DNA of 64,000 nt from Gemmatimonadota bacterium (GTDB taxonomy: Bacteria; Gemmatimonadota; Gemmatimonadetes; Gemmatimonadales; GWC2-71-9): assembly GCA_039586365.1 (NCBI GenBank), contig JBDHKN010000034.1, positions 8,186 through 72,185 of the forward strand, read 5' to 3'. Below, one piece after another: positions 8,664 to 18,269 of this stretch. The translations under genes and the position numbers were made by a program. Numbering within the stretch: position 1 is the first letter of the stretch; every line of letters starts with the position of its first letter. Below the pieces are notes generated by a model. The model ran no database searches. It was not told the origin of the DNA and was given only the letters and a program-made list of their open reading frames with translations.

Positions 8664-11075
8664 ATGACGAACCAATCAGTTTCAGGGGCATCCCCGGATA
8701 CCCGCCGAGCACCGTACCTGGTCGCGTTGGCCGTGTTTGTGACGGTCTTCACGGGTTACGTATATACTCTGGCTCCTACTGTCACGTTTTGGGATGCGGG
8801 TGAGTTCATTGCCACCGCGAAGATCCTGGGGATACCGCACCCGCCCGGCACACCCCTCTTTACACTCTTGGCCAATGTTTGGGCGAGATTGGTCCCGCTG
8901 GGGGAATTCGCGTTTCGGACCAATCTGATGACGGCCGTGTTCAGCGCTTCCGCAGCGGCCTTCTTCTTCTTGCTGGTCGCACAGGCAATGCGCGGCACCG
9001 CTGATGACGACGCAAGCAGAGATCGCGTTTTCACATTGGGTGGAGGCATCGTCGCCGCCCTGACGTCGGCCTTCGCTTTTACTGTCTGGCAGAACTCCAA
9101 CGAGACGGAAGTCTACATGGTGGCTGCATTGAGCATCGCGGCCACTTCGTGGTTGGCATGGCTGTGGAGGAAGCACCGCGGGGAACCGCGGGGACCTCAT
9201 ATGCTCCTGCTGATCGTCTACTTCGCGGCGGTGTCGATCGGAAATCACTTGCTGGCACTACTAGTCGGTCCGGCGCTGATTGGGTTCATGGCACACGTGC
9301 TCAAGAATCACCCGCTCGAAAGCGAGTCGGACCGGAAGGTCGAATGGGGACAGTGGGCCGTGCTCACGGGAGCTTGGGCCCTTCTAATCGGCAGCGGATT
9401 GGGAAGCACCAACCTGCTCGTCTTGGGGGGCGTCGCGTTTGCCGCTGCGGCATTCTATGCCACCGCCGTCGGTGGTGGGCGCTTTGCACTGACCGTACTG
9501 CTGATCGCTGTCGTTGGTGCCACCACCTACTTGTTTCTCTACTTCCGTGCCAACGTCGGTCCTTTTATCAATGAGGCCGACCCGTCGACTTGGACCAACC
9601 TCTGGGATGTGATTGCGCGCAAACAGTATCCCCCGCGGTCTCCGTGGGACAATCCCATCTACCCGTCGGGCCCAGGCAACCCCGGGCGTTCCATTTACCT
9701 GATGGCCCTCCAGGCACAGAACTACCTGCAGTATTTCGACTGGCAATGGGCCAAGGGACTGGCGCCGACCCAGGCTGTGTTTGCGGGTGTGAGACTTCCC
9801 TTCACGCTCCTGTTCACATCCCTGGGGATCTACGGTGTGGCGGTGCTGTGGGAGCGGGACCGGTCGGTGTTCTGGTTCCTCGTGCTGTTGTTCGTCACCA
9901 CGGGGCCGGCATTGATGGGCTACATGAACTTCAAGCCTGGATCGTCACTCGGGTGGAGCCGGTTCCCCAACCTCGAAATGCATGAGGTTCGCGAGCGGGA
10001 TTACTTCTTCACGGTGTCGTTCCAGGTCTGGGGCATGTTTGCAGGAATCGGGCTGGCTGGCATTTATCGGGCACTGCGGACCAGAATGCGGCAGGGTGGG
10101 GAGACGGGAGGCCTGTTTGTCGTGGCACCGGCCCTGGTATTCGGAGCAGCGCTACTGCCCTTCCTGCTCAATTTCAATGCGGCGAGCAGGAGGCACGGGC
10201 CCGAAGCAACGCTGGCACGGGATTTCGCTTATAATGTGCTCCAGTCTTCGGAGCCGTACGGAATCATCTTCACCAATGGCGACAACGACACGTTTCCACT
10301 CTGGTACCTCCAAGAGACCGAGGGTATCCGCCGTGACGTTGCGGTCGTCAATCTCTCGCTGGGCAATACAGATTGGTATCTGAGGCAGCTCAGAGACAAT
10401 CCGGTGCGACCCTTCGAGCCTGAACAGGCGCCCTGGTTCGTTCCCCTTGCGCCGGAGACGCCGCCACCGGGGCTGCACTCGATGACGGACGAGCAGATCC
10501 TCAGTCTACAACCCCAGTTGTTGTCCAGTGAGCTGAGATTCACAGCCGGTCGAATAGACAAAGAATATCCGGTTGGCTCACCCCTGTACGTGAAAGACAT
10601 CCTGATGCTCCGGCTCATCCAGGAAAACTGGAACCGGCGACCGATTTACTTCTCACTGACTGTGGGTGGCAGCAACTGGCTGCAGTTGGAAGACTACTTC
10701 ACTCAAGAAGCTTTGGTCCTCAAGCTCCACGCAGCAGAGGAGCCCGATACCTCACGGCTCGCTCCTGGTATCATGAATCTCCCGGTCGACCTGCCCCGCA
10801 CGGACTCGCTGGCCTGGCAGGTGTACCGCTACGGTCGTTTGTTCGAAGCCGATACGTTGGACATGATCCCCACCAACCGGAACATCGCGACGAACTTGAG
10901 CTACCCGTTCTACGCTTTGGGACAGGGTTACACCATCAACGGAGACACTGAGCGGGCTGTCGAGAACTTCCGTCGTGGCATCCATTTGGCCCCCATCTTC
11001 CCGCAGCTGGCGCCCGCGCTGGAGGCGCCGGAACCTCTCATTCCCGATTCGGTGGACAGTTCTTCCGTAAACTAG
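8664..11075 (+). CDS. DUF2723 (TMEM260-like) polytopic GT-C glycosyltransferase
   Basis: TLAPTVTFWDAGEF, GIPHPPGTPL, ETEVY, RERDYFF, FTNGDNDTFPLWYLQ motifs; many TM helices; ATG 8664 preferred over the overlapping GTG 8547. Confidence 0.85.
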   Translation: MTNQSVSGASPDTRRAPYLVALAVFVTVFTGYVYTLAPTVTFWDAGEFIATAKILGIPHPPGTPLFTLLANVWARLVPLGEFAFRTNLMTAVFSASAAAFFFLLVAQAMRGTADDDASRDRVFTLGGGIVAALTSAFAFTVWQNSNETEVYMVAALSIAATSWLAWLWRKHRGEPRGPHMLLLIVYFAAVSIGNHLLALLVGPALIGFMAHVLKNHPLESESDRKVEWGQWAVLTGAWALLIGSGLGSTNLLVLGGVAFAAAAFYATAVGGGRFALTVLLIAVVGATTYLFLYFRANVGPFINEADPSTWTNLWDVIARKQYPPRSPWDNPIYPSGPGNPGRSIYLMALQAQNYLQYFDWQWAKGLAPTQAVFAGVRLPFTLLFTSLGIYGVAVLWERDRSVFWFLVLLFVTTGPALMGYMNFKPGSSLGWSRFPNLEMHEVRERDYFFTVSFQVWGMFAGIGLAGIYRALRTRMRQGGETGGLFVVAPALVFGAALLPFLLNFNAASRRHGPEATLARDFAYNVLQSSEPYGIIFTNGDNDTFPLWYLQETEGIRRDVAVVNLSLGNTDWYLRQLRDNPVRPFEPEQAPWFVPLAPETPPPGLHSMTDEQILSLQPQLLSSELRFTAGRIDKEYPVGSPLYVKDILMLRLIQENWNRRPIYFSLTVGGSNWLQLEDYFTQEALVLKLHAAEEPDTSRLAPGIMNLPVDLPRTDSLAWQVYRYGRLFEADTLDMIPTNRNIATNLSYPFYALGQGYTINGDTERAVENFRRGIHLAPIFPQLAPALEAPEPLIPDSVDSSSVN

Positions 11076-11094
11076 CACGCTGCAGGCTGCTCAC

Positions 11095-11123
11095 TTGTAG
11101 CGGAGCATATGCTCGGCTACTAT
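11095..11123 (+). promoter_or_regulatory. Sigma70-type promoter of yggS overlapped by a 24-bp palindrome
   Basis: TTGTAG(11095-11100)-N17-TACTAT(11118-11123); dyad GTAGCgGAGCATATGCTCgGCTAC at 11097-11120. Confidence 0.55.
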
Positions 11124-11131
11124 AAACGGTT

Positions 11132-11830
11132 ATGGATTTTGCGGATCTTCCCGCCAACCTGAAGCGGGTGTTAGAGGAAATCGACCGAGTTCAGCGGCGG
11201 GAAGGGGTAAGCGGTGGCATCAGGATTGTCGCGGTGACCAAGGGCCATCCGGCTGCTGCTGTAACGGCTGCGTGCTCGGCCGGAGTTGCGGACGTTGGTG
11301 AGAACCGGGTGCAGGAGGCGCTAGGGAAACAGGACGTGACCCATCATCTTCAACTCCGGTGGCATCTGGTGGGGCACCTCCAGACCAACAAAGCGAAGTA
11401 CGTGCCGGGGCGGTTCTCAGTGGTGCACTCAGTTGATTCGGTGCGAGTAGCCGATGCCCTGGCCGCAGCGGCTGGGCGGGCTGAGAGGAGAGAGGACCGA
11501 ATCGAAGCCCTGGTGCAGGTCAACGTCGCCCGCGAACCGCAAAAGAGTGGCTGCCAGCCGGTAGAAGCCCTAGAGATAGCGGCGCGCATTGCCGAGCAAC
11601 CGGCACTGCGACTGGCCGGGCTCATGACCATTGCACCGTTCACAGACGACGAAAAGATTCAGCGAAATGTGTTCGCGGCCTTGAGACAGTTGCGTGAAGA
11701 CCTGCAGCAAAACGGATTAGCTGCTCCAGAACTGTCCATGGGGATGTCCGCTGACTACAGCGCCGCCGTGGCCGAGGGCGCCACGATCCTCCGTCTCGGT
11801 ACGGCGCTGTTTGGAGAACGTCCGACATGA
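11132..11830 (+). CDS. yggS: PLP homeostasis protein (YggS/PLPBP family)
   Basis: VAVTK (PLP lysine), GENRVQE, WHLVGHLQTNK, LSMGMSAD, RLGTALFG. Confidence 0.95.
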   Translation: MDFADLPANLKRVLEEIDRVQRREGVSGGIRIVAVTKGHPAAAVTAACSAGVADVGENRVQEALGKQDVTHHLQLRWHLVGHLQTNKAKYVPGRFSVVHSVDSVRVADALAAAAGRAERREDRIEALVQVNVAREPQKSGCQPVEALEIAARIAEQPALRLAGLMTIAPFTDDEKIQRNVFAALRQLREDLQQNGLAAPELSMGMSADYSAAVAEGATILRLGTALFGERPT

Positions 11831-12321
11831 CGGAAGAACAGTTTCGGTTGACGCCGATCGACGTGCGGGCCCAGGAGTTCGGACGCACGGCGTTCGGGTA
11901 TAGCATTGCAGGTGTGGAAGATTTCCGTGAGCGGGTGGCGGAAGAGATGGAACGACTGCTCAAGGAACGCACCACTCTGGAGGATCGCGTAGCCAATCTC
12001 CGCGAACAGATGAAGTCGTTGCGAGAACGCGAAAAGGCGATAAACGACGCAGTGGTGATGGCGCAACAACTTCGCGATGGGGCCCAGAAGAACGCGCAGC
12101 AAGAGGCAGAATTGATAATCCGTGATGCCAGGGCCACAGCGGATGAGATCATCCGGGAAGCGCGCAATGAGGAGTTGGATGTGAGACGCGACATCGAAGA
12201 TGCTCAGCATCAGTTCACCGGTTACCTTGCGGCGTTTCGCCGGCTGTTGGACCGCCAGCTGGCGGAAATCGACGCCCTGGCCGAGCACGAGCGAGACGGC
12301 AGCCCTCCGGGGATGAAGTGA
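11827..12321 (+). CDS. divIVA: DivIVA domain coiled-coil protein
   Basis: LTPIDVRAQEF...FGYS...VEDF N-terminal signature followed by a long coiled coil. Confidence 0.88.
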   Translation: MTEEQFRLTPIDVRAQEFGRTAFGYSIAGVEDFRERVAEEMERLLKERTTLEDRVANLREQMKSLREREKAINDAVVMAQQLRDGAQKNAQQEAELIIRDARATADEIIREARNEELDVRRDIEDAQHQFTGYLAAFRRLLDRQLAEIDALAEHERDGSPPGMK

Positions 12322-13148
12322 ACAACCTCCACACGAGGGAGAGGATTCAAGCGGCGGTCGATGTCATACGGCAGGAGACCGCTGCCGTACCGTCGGTGGC
12401 TCTCATCTTGGGCACTGGCCTGGGTGAGTTGGCAACTGAGATCGAGCTTCAATCGGAGATCGAATACGAGCGAATTCCCGGTTTCCCCCTTTCCACGGTC
12501 GAGACGCACGCGGGACGCCTGCTACTCGGTGAGCTCGGCGGGAAACCAGTCGTGGCGATGCAGGGGAGGTTCCATCGCTACGAAGGGTATTCGATGCAAC
12601 AGATCACGTTCCCCGTGCGGGTGATGCGTGCTCTGGGAGCGCAGAGCTTGGTCGTGTCGAACGCGTGCGGTGGCATGCATCCGTTATGGAGCGCGGGTGA
12701 TCTCGTCCTCATATCTGATCATATCAATCTGCTTGGTGACAACCCTCTGGTTGGACCCAACGATGATTCATTGGGGCCGCGGTTCCCTGACATGTCGGCA
12801 CCCTATGATCCCGCAATGCGCCGCATCGCGCGGGAAGTGGCACGCGATCTCAAGGTCGCGCTGCGGGAAGGCGTGTATGTCGCGGTGCCGGGGCCCAACC
12901 TGGAGACTCCGGCAGAGTACCGTTTTCTTCGGGCGATTGGTGCGGATGTCGTGGGCATGTCTACGGTGCCTGAGGTGATCGTCGCGGTCCATGGCGGGAT
13001 GCGAGCGCTGGGGATATCGATCGTGACTGACATGTGCTTACCTGATGCGTTGGGGCCCGCGGACATCGACCAAATCATCGCAACGGCCCAGGCCGCTGAA
13101 CCCAGCCTCACCGGTCTAGTGACTGGGGTATTGGAGCGGATGAACTGA
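12318..13148 (+). CDS. punA: Purine nucleoside phosphorylase (trimeric PNP family)
   Basis: ILGTGLG, GRFHRYEG, DHIN, GPNLETPAE, VGMSTVPE. Confidence 0.92.
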   Translation: MNNLHTRERIQAAVDVIRQETAAVPSVALILGTGLGELATEIELQSEIEYERIPGFPLSTVETHAGRLLLGELGGKPVVAMQGRFHRYEGYSMQQITFPVRVMRALGAQSLVVSNACGGMHPLWSAGDLVLISDHINLLGDNPLVGPNDDSLGPRFPDMSAPYDPAMRRIAREVARDLKVALREGVYVAVPGPNLETPAEYRFLRAIGADVVGMSTVPEVIVAVHGGMRALGISIVTDMCLPDALGPADIDQIIATAQAAEPSLTGLVTGVLERMN

Positions 13149-16100
13149 TGGGGTACGCACCAATCGACGTTTCCAATCTGGCCGAGATCGAACGGGATCT
13201 GCTGGAACTGTGGCGCTCGGAACGGCTGTTTCATCGCGCCCTGGAAGCGACCCGCGGTGGTCGGCCCTTCGTGTTCTACGAGGGGCCGCCGACTGCCAAC
13301 GGACGACCGGGTATCCACCACGTCTTCGCTCGTACCATCAAAGACCTGATCTGCCGCTACCACACGATGCTTGGCGAGTCAGTGACTCGCATTGCAGGCT
13401 GGGATACACACGGCCTTCCGGTTGAGATCGAGGTTGAGAAGGAGCTGGAGATCAGCGGAAAGGCGGACATTGAGGCTCTCGGAGTCGCGGAATTCAACCG
13501 CCGCTGCAAAGAGAGCGTGTTTCGCTACAAGAGCGAATGGGAGAGTCTCTCAGAGCGTATCGGGTACTGGCTCGACTACGATCGGCCGTACGTCACGTAC
13601 ACGAACGAGTACGTGGAGAGTGTCTGGTGGCTGCTGCAACAGCTATCCGAGAAGGGATTGCTCTACGAGGGCCGCAAAGTCCTACCCTATTGTATTCGGT
13701 GTGGGACGACCCTATCGAGCCACGAGCTGGCGATGGGCTATGACACACACAAGAGCCCGTCGATCTACACTCTGTTCCGGGTAGTCGAGCCCAGGGGCCA
13801 AGCGGAGCGATACCTCCTGGTGTGGACGACCACACCGTGGACGCTCCCGTCCAATATTGCGATCGCCGTGAATCCCCATCTGACTTACCAGGAACTGGAC
13901 GTCGAAGATAGACGAGTGGTTGTCGAGAAGTCGATTGCCCAGTTTACGGTTGTCCCGGGGGCGACTCATGGGAAGCCACTTGGTGAGTATCCCGTGGTGG
14001 CCGAGTACTCTGGTATCGATTTGGTAGGCTGGCGCTACGAGCAGCTCCTGGATGCGGTGGTGGTGGATACGACCCGCGCTTTTCGCGTCTTGGCCGGCGA
14101 CTTCGTTACCAGCGAGGAGGGCACGGGGCTCGTTCATATCGCACCAGCTTTCGGTGCCGATGACTATGCTGTCGTGCAAAGTCAGGACATGCCGTTCGTC
14201 AACCCAGTTGATGCCGAGGGACGGTTTCAGGGAACACGCTGGGACGGGATCAACAACAAGACGGTGTTTGAAGCCAATCCGATAATTGCACAGCGACTCG
14301 AACAAGAGGACAAGTTGTTCGGACGCTACCAACCGAAGGGGTACGAACACACGTATCCGTTCTGCTGGCGGTGTGATTCGCCGCTGATCTACTACGCTAG
14401 AAAATCCTGGTTCGTGCGAACGACCGCCTTCAGCGATCGGATGATCGAGATCAACCAAGCAGTGAATTGGAATCCGCCGGAAGTCGGGTCGGGCCGGTTT
14501 GGTGAATGGCTCGAGAACAACGTTGATTGGGCCCTGTCACGTGATCGCTATTGGGGTACGCCGCTGCCCGTGTGGATTTGTGAGCAGGATGAAGCGCATC
14601 GCGTGGTCATCGGTTCCTTTGCGCAGTTGGCTGATCTCCGTCGTCACGCGCTGCCGCCGGATTTCGATCCACACAAGCCGTATATCGATGCGGTCACGTT
14701 CTCCTGTTCCGAGTGTGGGGGGACAATGCGGCGCGTGCCTGAGGTCATAGACGCGTGGTTTGACTCGGGCGCGATGCCCTACGCTCAGTGGCACTATCCA
14801 TTCGAGAACGAAGAGGAGTTTGGGCGTCACTTCCCTGCCGACTACATATGTGAGGGCCTGGATCAAACCCGGGGTTGGTTCTATTCGCTGTTGGCAATTG
14901 CAGCGGGGGTATACGATCAGACAGCGTACCGCAACGTGATCGTCAACGGTCTCGTTCTGGATGCCGAAGGACGCAAGATGTCCAAGCGGCTGGGTAACAC
15001 GGTCAATCCCACTGCAACCGTGGACGAGTATGGGGCCGACGCCGTGCGCCTCTATTTGCTAGCAGGAAGCCAGGTAGGGCTGCCGAAACGATTCGATCCC
15101 AAAGGCATTGCTGAGTTGGCTCTCGGGTTTCTGAATCAACTCCGAAACACCTATGGTTTCTTTGCCCTCTACGCTGAGGACTGGGTCAGTAGTGGCGCTC
15201 CCGCCGTGGGGGAGTTGCCTGTAGTCGATCGTTGGCTACTCAGTCGGCTCGACCGGCTCGTTACAGCCGTCCGAGCCGCCTGGTCCGCATACGATGTGAC
15301 TGGCGGGGTGCGTGCCATCATGGAGTTCTGTGATACCGACTTGTCGAACTGGTATGTCAGGGTCAACCGGGCCAGGTTCTGGGCTCCAGATGCCACGGCG
15401 GATCCGGCAGCGCTGGCGACCCTGCACGAGGCGCTCACTCAGGTAACCCGTTTGTTGGCTCCTGCAGCTCCGTTCCTGAGCGACGCGATCCATCGACGTC
15501 TGACGGGCGAGTCGGTTCATTTGGCGCGTTTCCCGCAGAGTGCTGGCCGTGAGTCTGAACGGCTCGATACTGCGATGGCTGCGATCCGCAGCCTCGCATG
15601 GCTGGCGCGCTCTGCCCGCGAGGCCGCCGGTCTGCGAATCCGACAACCTTTAGCTAGCATGAAAGTGGCGGTACCCGGGACGGTACGGGGCCCCGATTTA
15701 GACGAGCTGCTCGCAACACTCGCCGCTGAGGTGAACGTGCGAGAGATCGCGGTCGTCGAGTCCGATGAAAGCCTCGTGAAGCTCCGAGCGAAACCGAACT
15801 ATCGCACGCTCGGCAAGATCTACGGCAAAGACACACCGCTCGCGGCGAAAGCGGCGGCTTTGTTGACGACAACGCAGTTGAGGGAATTGGAGGATGGCCG
15901 CGACCAGACAGTGGAACAAGACGGCCGGGCCTTTACGTATCGAGTTGAAGACGTCGTGGTGGAGCGGGAGGTGGCGACGGACTGGATAGTGCAGAGTGAC
16001 GGGCCTTTTGTCACCGCTTTGGATCCGAACCTCACGGACGAACTCCAGTCAGAGGGACTGGCGCGAGAAGTGGTGAATCGGGTGCAGAGGTTACGAAAAG

Positions 16101-16321
16101 AGGCCGGATATAGTTACGATACACGGATCGAAATGGGCATATCGGGTGCGAAAGACACACTGGCCGCGGTGGATTCGCACCGTTCCTTCATAGCTCGTGA
16201 GACACTGGCGCGTCGCGTACAAGTGGGATCTGATTTGCCGGCGGCAGATTTGTCCGAGCGGGTAGATATCGATGGTAGGCAAGTCGTGATCACGCTGATA
16301 CAGCATGATGGCGGTCAGTAG
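13148..16321 (+). CDS. ileS: Isoleucine--tRNA ligase, type 2
   Basis: EGPPTANGRPGIHH, GWDTHGLP, WTTTPWTLP, GLDQTRGWF, KMSKR; long IleRS2-type C-terminal domain (EGLAREVVNRVQRLRK). Confidence 0.97.
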   Translation: MGYAPIDVSNLAEIERDLLELWRSERLFHRALEATRGGRPFVFYEGPPTANGRPGIHHVFARTIKDLICRYHTMLGESVTRIAGWDTHGLPVEIEVEKELEISGKADIEALGVAEFNRRCKESVFRYKSEWESLSERIGYWLDYDRPYVTYTNEYVESVWWLLQQLSEKGLLYEGRKVLPYCIRCGTTLSSHELAMGYDTHKSPSIYTLFRVVEPRGQAERYLLVWTTTPWTLPSNIAIAVNPHLTYQELDVEDRRVVVEKSIAQFTVVPGATHGKPLGEYPVVAEYSGIDLVGWRYEQLLDAVVVDTTRAFRVLAGDFVTSEEGTGLVHIAPAFGADDYAVVQSQDMPFVNPVDAEGRFQGTRWDGINNKTVFEANPIIAQRLEQEDKLFGRYQPKGYEHTYPFCWRCDSPLIYYARKSWFVRTTAFSDRMIEINQAVNWNPPEVGSGRFGEWLENNVDWALSRDRYWGTPLPVWICEQDEAHRVVIGSFAQLADLRRHALPPDFDPHKPYIDAVTFSCSECGGTMRRVPEVIDAWFDSGAMPYAQWHYPFENEEEFGRHFPADYICEGLDQTRGWFYSLLAIAAGVYDQTAYRNVIVNGLVLDAEGRKMSKRLGNTVNPTATVDEYGADAVRLYLLAGSQVGLPKRFDPKGIAELALGFLNQLRNTYGFFALYAEDWVSSGAPAVGELPVVDRWLLSRLDRLVTAVRAAWSAYDVTGGVRAIMEFCDTDLSNWYVRVNRARFWAPDATADPAALATLHEALTQVTRLLAPAAPFLSDAIHRRLTGESVHLARFPQSAGRESERLDTAMAAIRSLAWLARSAREAAGLRIRQPLASMKVAVPGTVRGPDLDELLATLAAEVNVREIAVVESDESLVKLRAKPNYRTLGKIYGKDTPLAAKAAALLTTTQLRELEDGRDQTVEQDGRAFTYRVEDVVVEREVATDWIVQSDGPFVTALDPNLTDELQSEGLAREVVNRVQRLRKEAGYSYDTRIEMGISGAKDTLAAVDSHRSFIARETLARRVQVGSDLPAADLSERVDIDGRQVVITLIQHDGGQ

Positions 16322-16360
16322 CCTCTTCACAACGGCAACCGTGGTGGAAGACTGCAAGTT

Positions 16361-16741
16361 ATGAACAAAAAGCAGCTAACTCATCTCGAGAAGCGCTTGC
16401 TCGAGGAGCGAAACAGAGTGTTGAAGGAGTTGGGGTACTACGATGAGCAGTTCAGTGGTACCCTGCAGAGTTCCGATGGCGATCTCTCTGCGTACTCCTT
16501 CCACATGGCAGATCAGGGTACGGATGCGATGGAGCGTGAGAAGCAGTTCCTGTTCGCGTCCAAGGAAGGCCGCTATCTGTGGCATGTGAACGAGGCATTG
16601 AGACGGCTTTATCGCGACCCTGATATGTTTGGCAGATGCCATGAATGCGGTGACGAAATCGCGTTCGAGCGACTAGATGCGCTACCGCACGCGCGTTTGT
16701 GCATCAAATGCAAGGCGAAAGAAGAAGATGAGAAACAGTAA
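16361..16741 (+). CDS. DksA/TraR C4-type zinc finger protein
   Basis: Coiled coil with HMADQGTD tip; CHEC...ERLDALP..RLCIKC zinc finger. Confidence 0.9.
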   Translation: MNKKQLTHLEKRLLEERNRVLKELGYYDEQFSGTLQSSDGDLSAYSFHMADQGTDAMEREKQFLFASKEGRYLWHVNEALRRLYRDPDMFGRCHECGDEIAFERLDALPHARLCIKCKAKEEDEKQ

Positions 16742-17246
16742 CGGCAAACTGCTGTTCTGGTCGGTAGTGTTCAGTGTGGTGGTGGTTGACTTCATTACCA
16801 AGCGTCTTGCTGTGGCATACCTATCATCTGGCGCAATCCCAATCCTGCGCGAGTCGCTTGTCTTGAGGCTGGTCTACAATCCTGGGGCCGCGTTCGGCAT
16901 TCACGTCGGCGAGTACTCGCGTTGGGTCTTCATGGTTCTCGCGTTGGTCGCCTTGGTCGTTCTGGGGGCGATGGTGCGGCAGACTCTCCCGACTCAACGG
17001 TTTCGTCTACTGACCCTGGGCCTGGTATGTGGGGGTGCAGTCGGTAACCTGCTGGACCGGATTCGCAGTTCGCAAGGTGTAGTGGATTTCATCGACGTGT
17101 GGATTGGGAAGTTCCACTGGCCCACGTTCAACGTGGCGGATATGGCCGTGAGCTGTGGGGCTATAGCCCTGGCTCTGGTCCTTTGGTCGGAGGGAAAACA
17201 GATCACGGCCGAGGAATCTGTCCACCCGGCCGAAGCCTCTCCATAG
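16728..17246 (+). CDS. lspA: Lipoprotein signal peptidase II
   Basis: NPGAAFG, GGAVGNLLDR, VVDFI, FNVAD; start taken at ATG 16728. Confidence 0.95.
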   Translation: MRNSNGKLLFWSVVFSVVVVDFITKRLAVAYLSSGAIPILRESLVLRLVYNPGAAFGIHVGEYSRWVFMVLALVALVVLGAMVRQTLPTQRFRLLTLGLVCGGAVGNLLDRIRSSQGVVDFIDVWIGKFHWPTFNVADMAVSCGAIALALVLWSEGKQITAEESVHPAEASP

Positions 17247-17263
17247 GCGGTAAGTCCACAGCC

Positions 17264-18268
17264 GTGGAGCGGCAGCTCGAGTTTCAGGTATCAGTACCGT
17301 CCACCGAGCGTCTCGATCGCTTCCTCGCCGATCAGCTATCCCTCTCTCGCACCCAGGCAGCTCGCCTTGTTGCAAGTGGCGCCGTTCGAGTGAACGCCGA
17401 GCCGGTGCGAGCTTCACGCAGCCTGGCTCAGGGCGATTTCGTCTCGGTGCTGCTGCCGACCGAAGCGACCGGAGGACCTCGCGAGCTCAAACCGTTCAGC
17501 GCGTCGGTGAACGTCGTGCATGAGGATGAGTCACTCATGGTGCTGGACAAGCCCGCGGGGCTCGTCGTGCATCCAGCTCCGGGACACTGGGAAGACACTC
17601 TGCTCAATGCTCTGGTAGCGCGCGGTACACCCCTGGCCACAGGTGCCGCAGGTAGGCCTGGCCTGGTACACCGACTGGACAAGGACACGTCTGGACTCAT
17701 GGCGCTAGCCAAGACCGATACTGCTCACAGGAGATTAGCACGTGCTATGGCGCAACGCCGCGTCACACGCGTCTACGCGGCGCTGGCCTGGGGGCATCTG
17801 GTTGACGTGACGGAAATCGACGCCCCTGTTGCCCGTCACCCGCGGGATAGAAAACGGATGACGGTGCTCGCTACCGGTAGGCCAGCTCGCACGCTCGTGG
17901 AACCTGTGGCCCGTTTTGACGTGTGTGATCTGGTAAGGGTGCGGTTGGCAACCGGACGGACGCATCAGATTCGTGTTCACTTGCACTATGTGGGCCATCC
18001 TGTAGTGGGTGATCCGGCATACGGAGGGGGCGGTCCTCGCCGCGTGACTGGTTCCCAGCAGGCTCGGGCCAGTCTACTCGACCGGAACACCCCGCGCCAA
18101 GCGTTGCACGCTGCTCTCTTGGGTTTTCTGCACCCCGACACGGGTGAACCCTGTGAGTTTCGCAGCGAATGGCCGGTGGACTTGAGAGCGGCACTCCATG
18201 TGGCGAACGCCGACTCGGATCAGCTTGCTCGGGACAATTGGCTGGAGTATCTTGGCTTCTTCAAATAG
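17264..18268 (+). CDS. rluD: RluA/RluD family 23S rRNA pseudouridine synthase
   Basis: S4 domain RLDRFLA, KPAGLVVHP, HRLDKDTSG, TGRTHQIRVH; GTG 17264 preferred start. Confidence 0.92.
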   Translation: MERQLEFQVSVPSTERLDRFLADQLSLSRTQAARLVASGAVRVNAEPVRASRSLAQGDFVSVLLPTEATGGPRELKPFSASVNVVHEDESLMVLDKPAGLVVHPAPGHWEDTLLNALVARGTPLATGAAGRPGLVHRLDKDTSGLMALAKTDTAHRRLARAMAQRRVTRVYAALAWGHLVDVTEIDAPVARHPRDRKRMTVLATGRPARTLVEPVARFDVCDLVRVRLATGRTHQIRVHLHYVGHPVVGDPAYGGGGPRRVTGSQQARASLLDRNTPRQALHAALLGFLHPDTGEPCEFRSEWPVDLRAALHVANADSDQLARDNWLEYLGFFK

Positions 18269-18269
18269 C

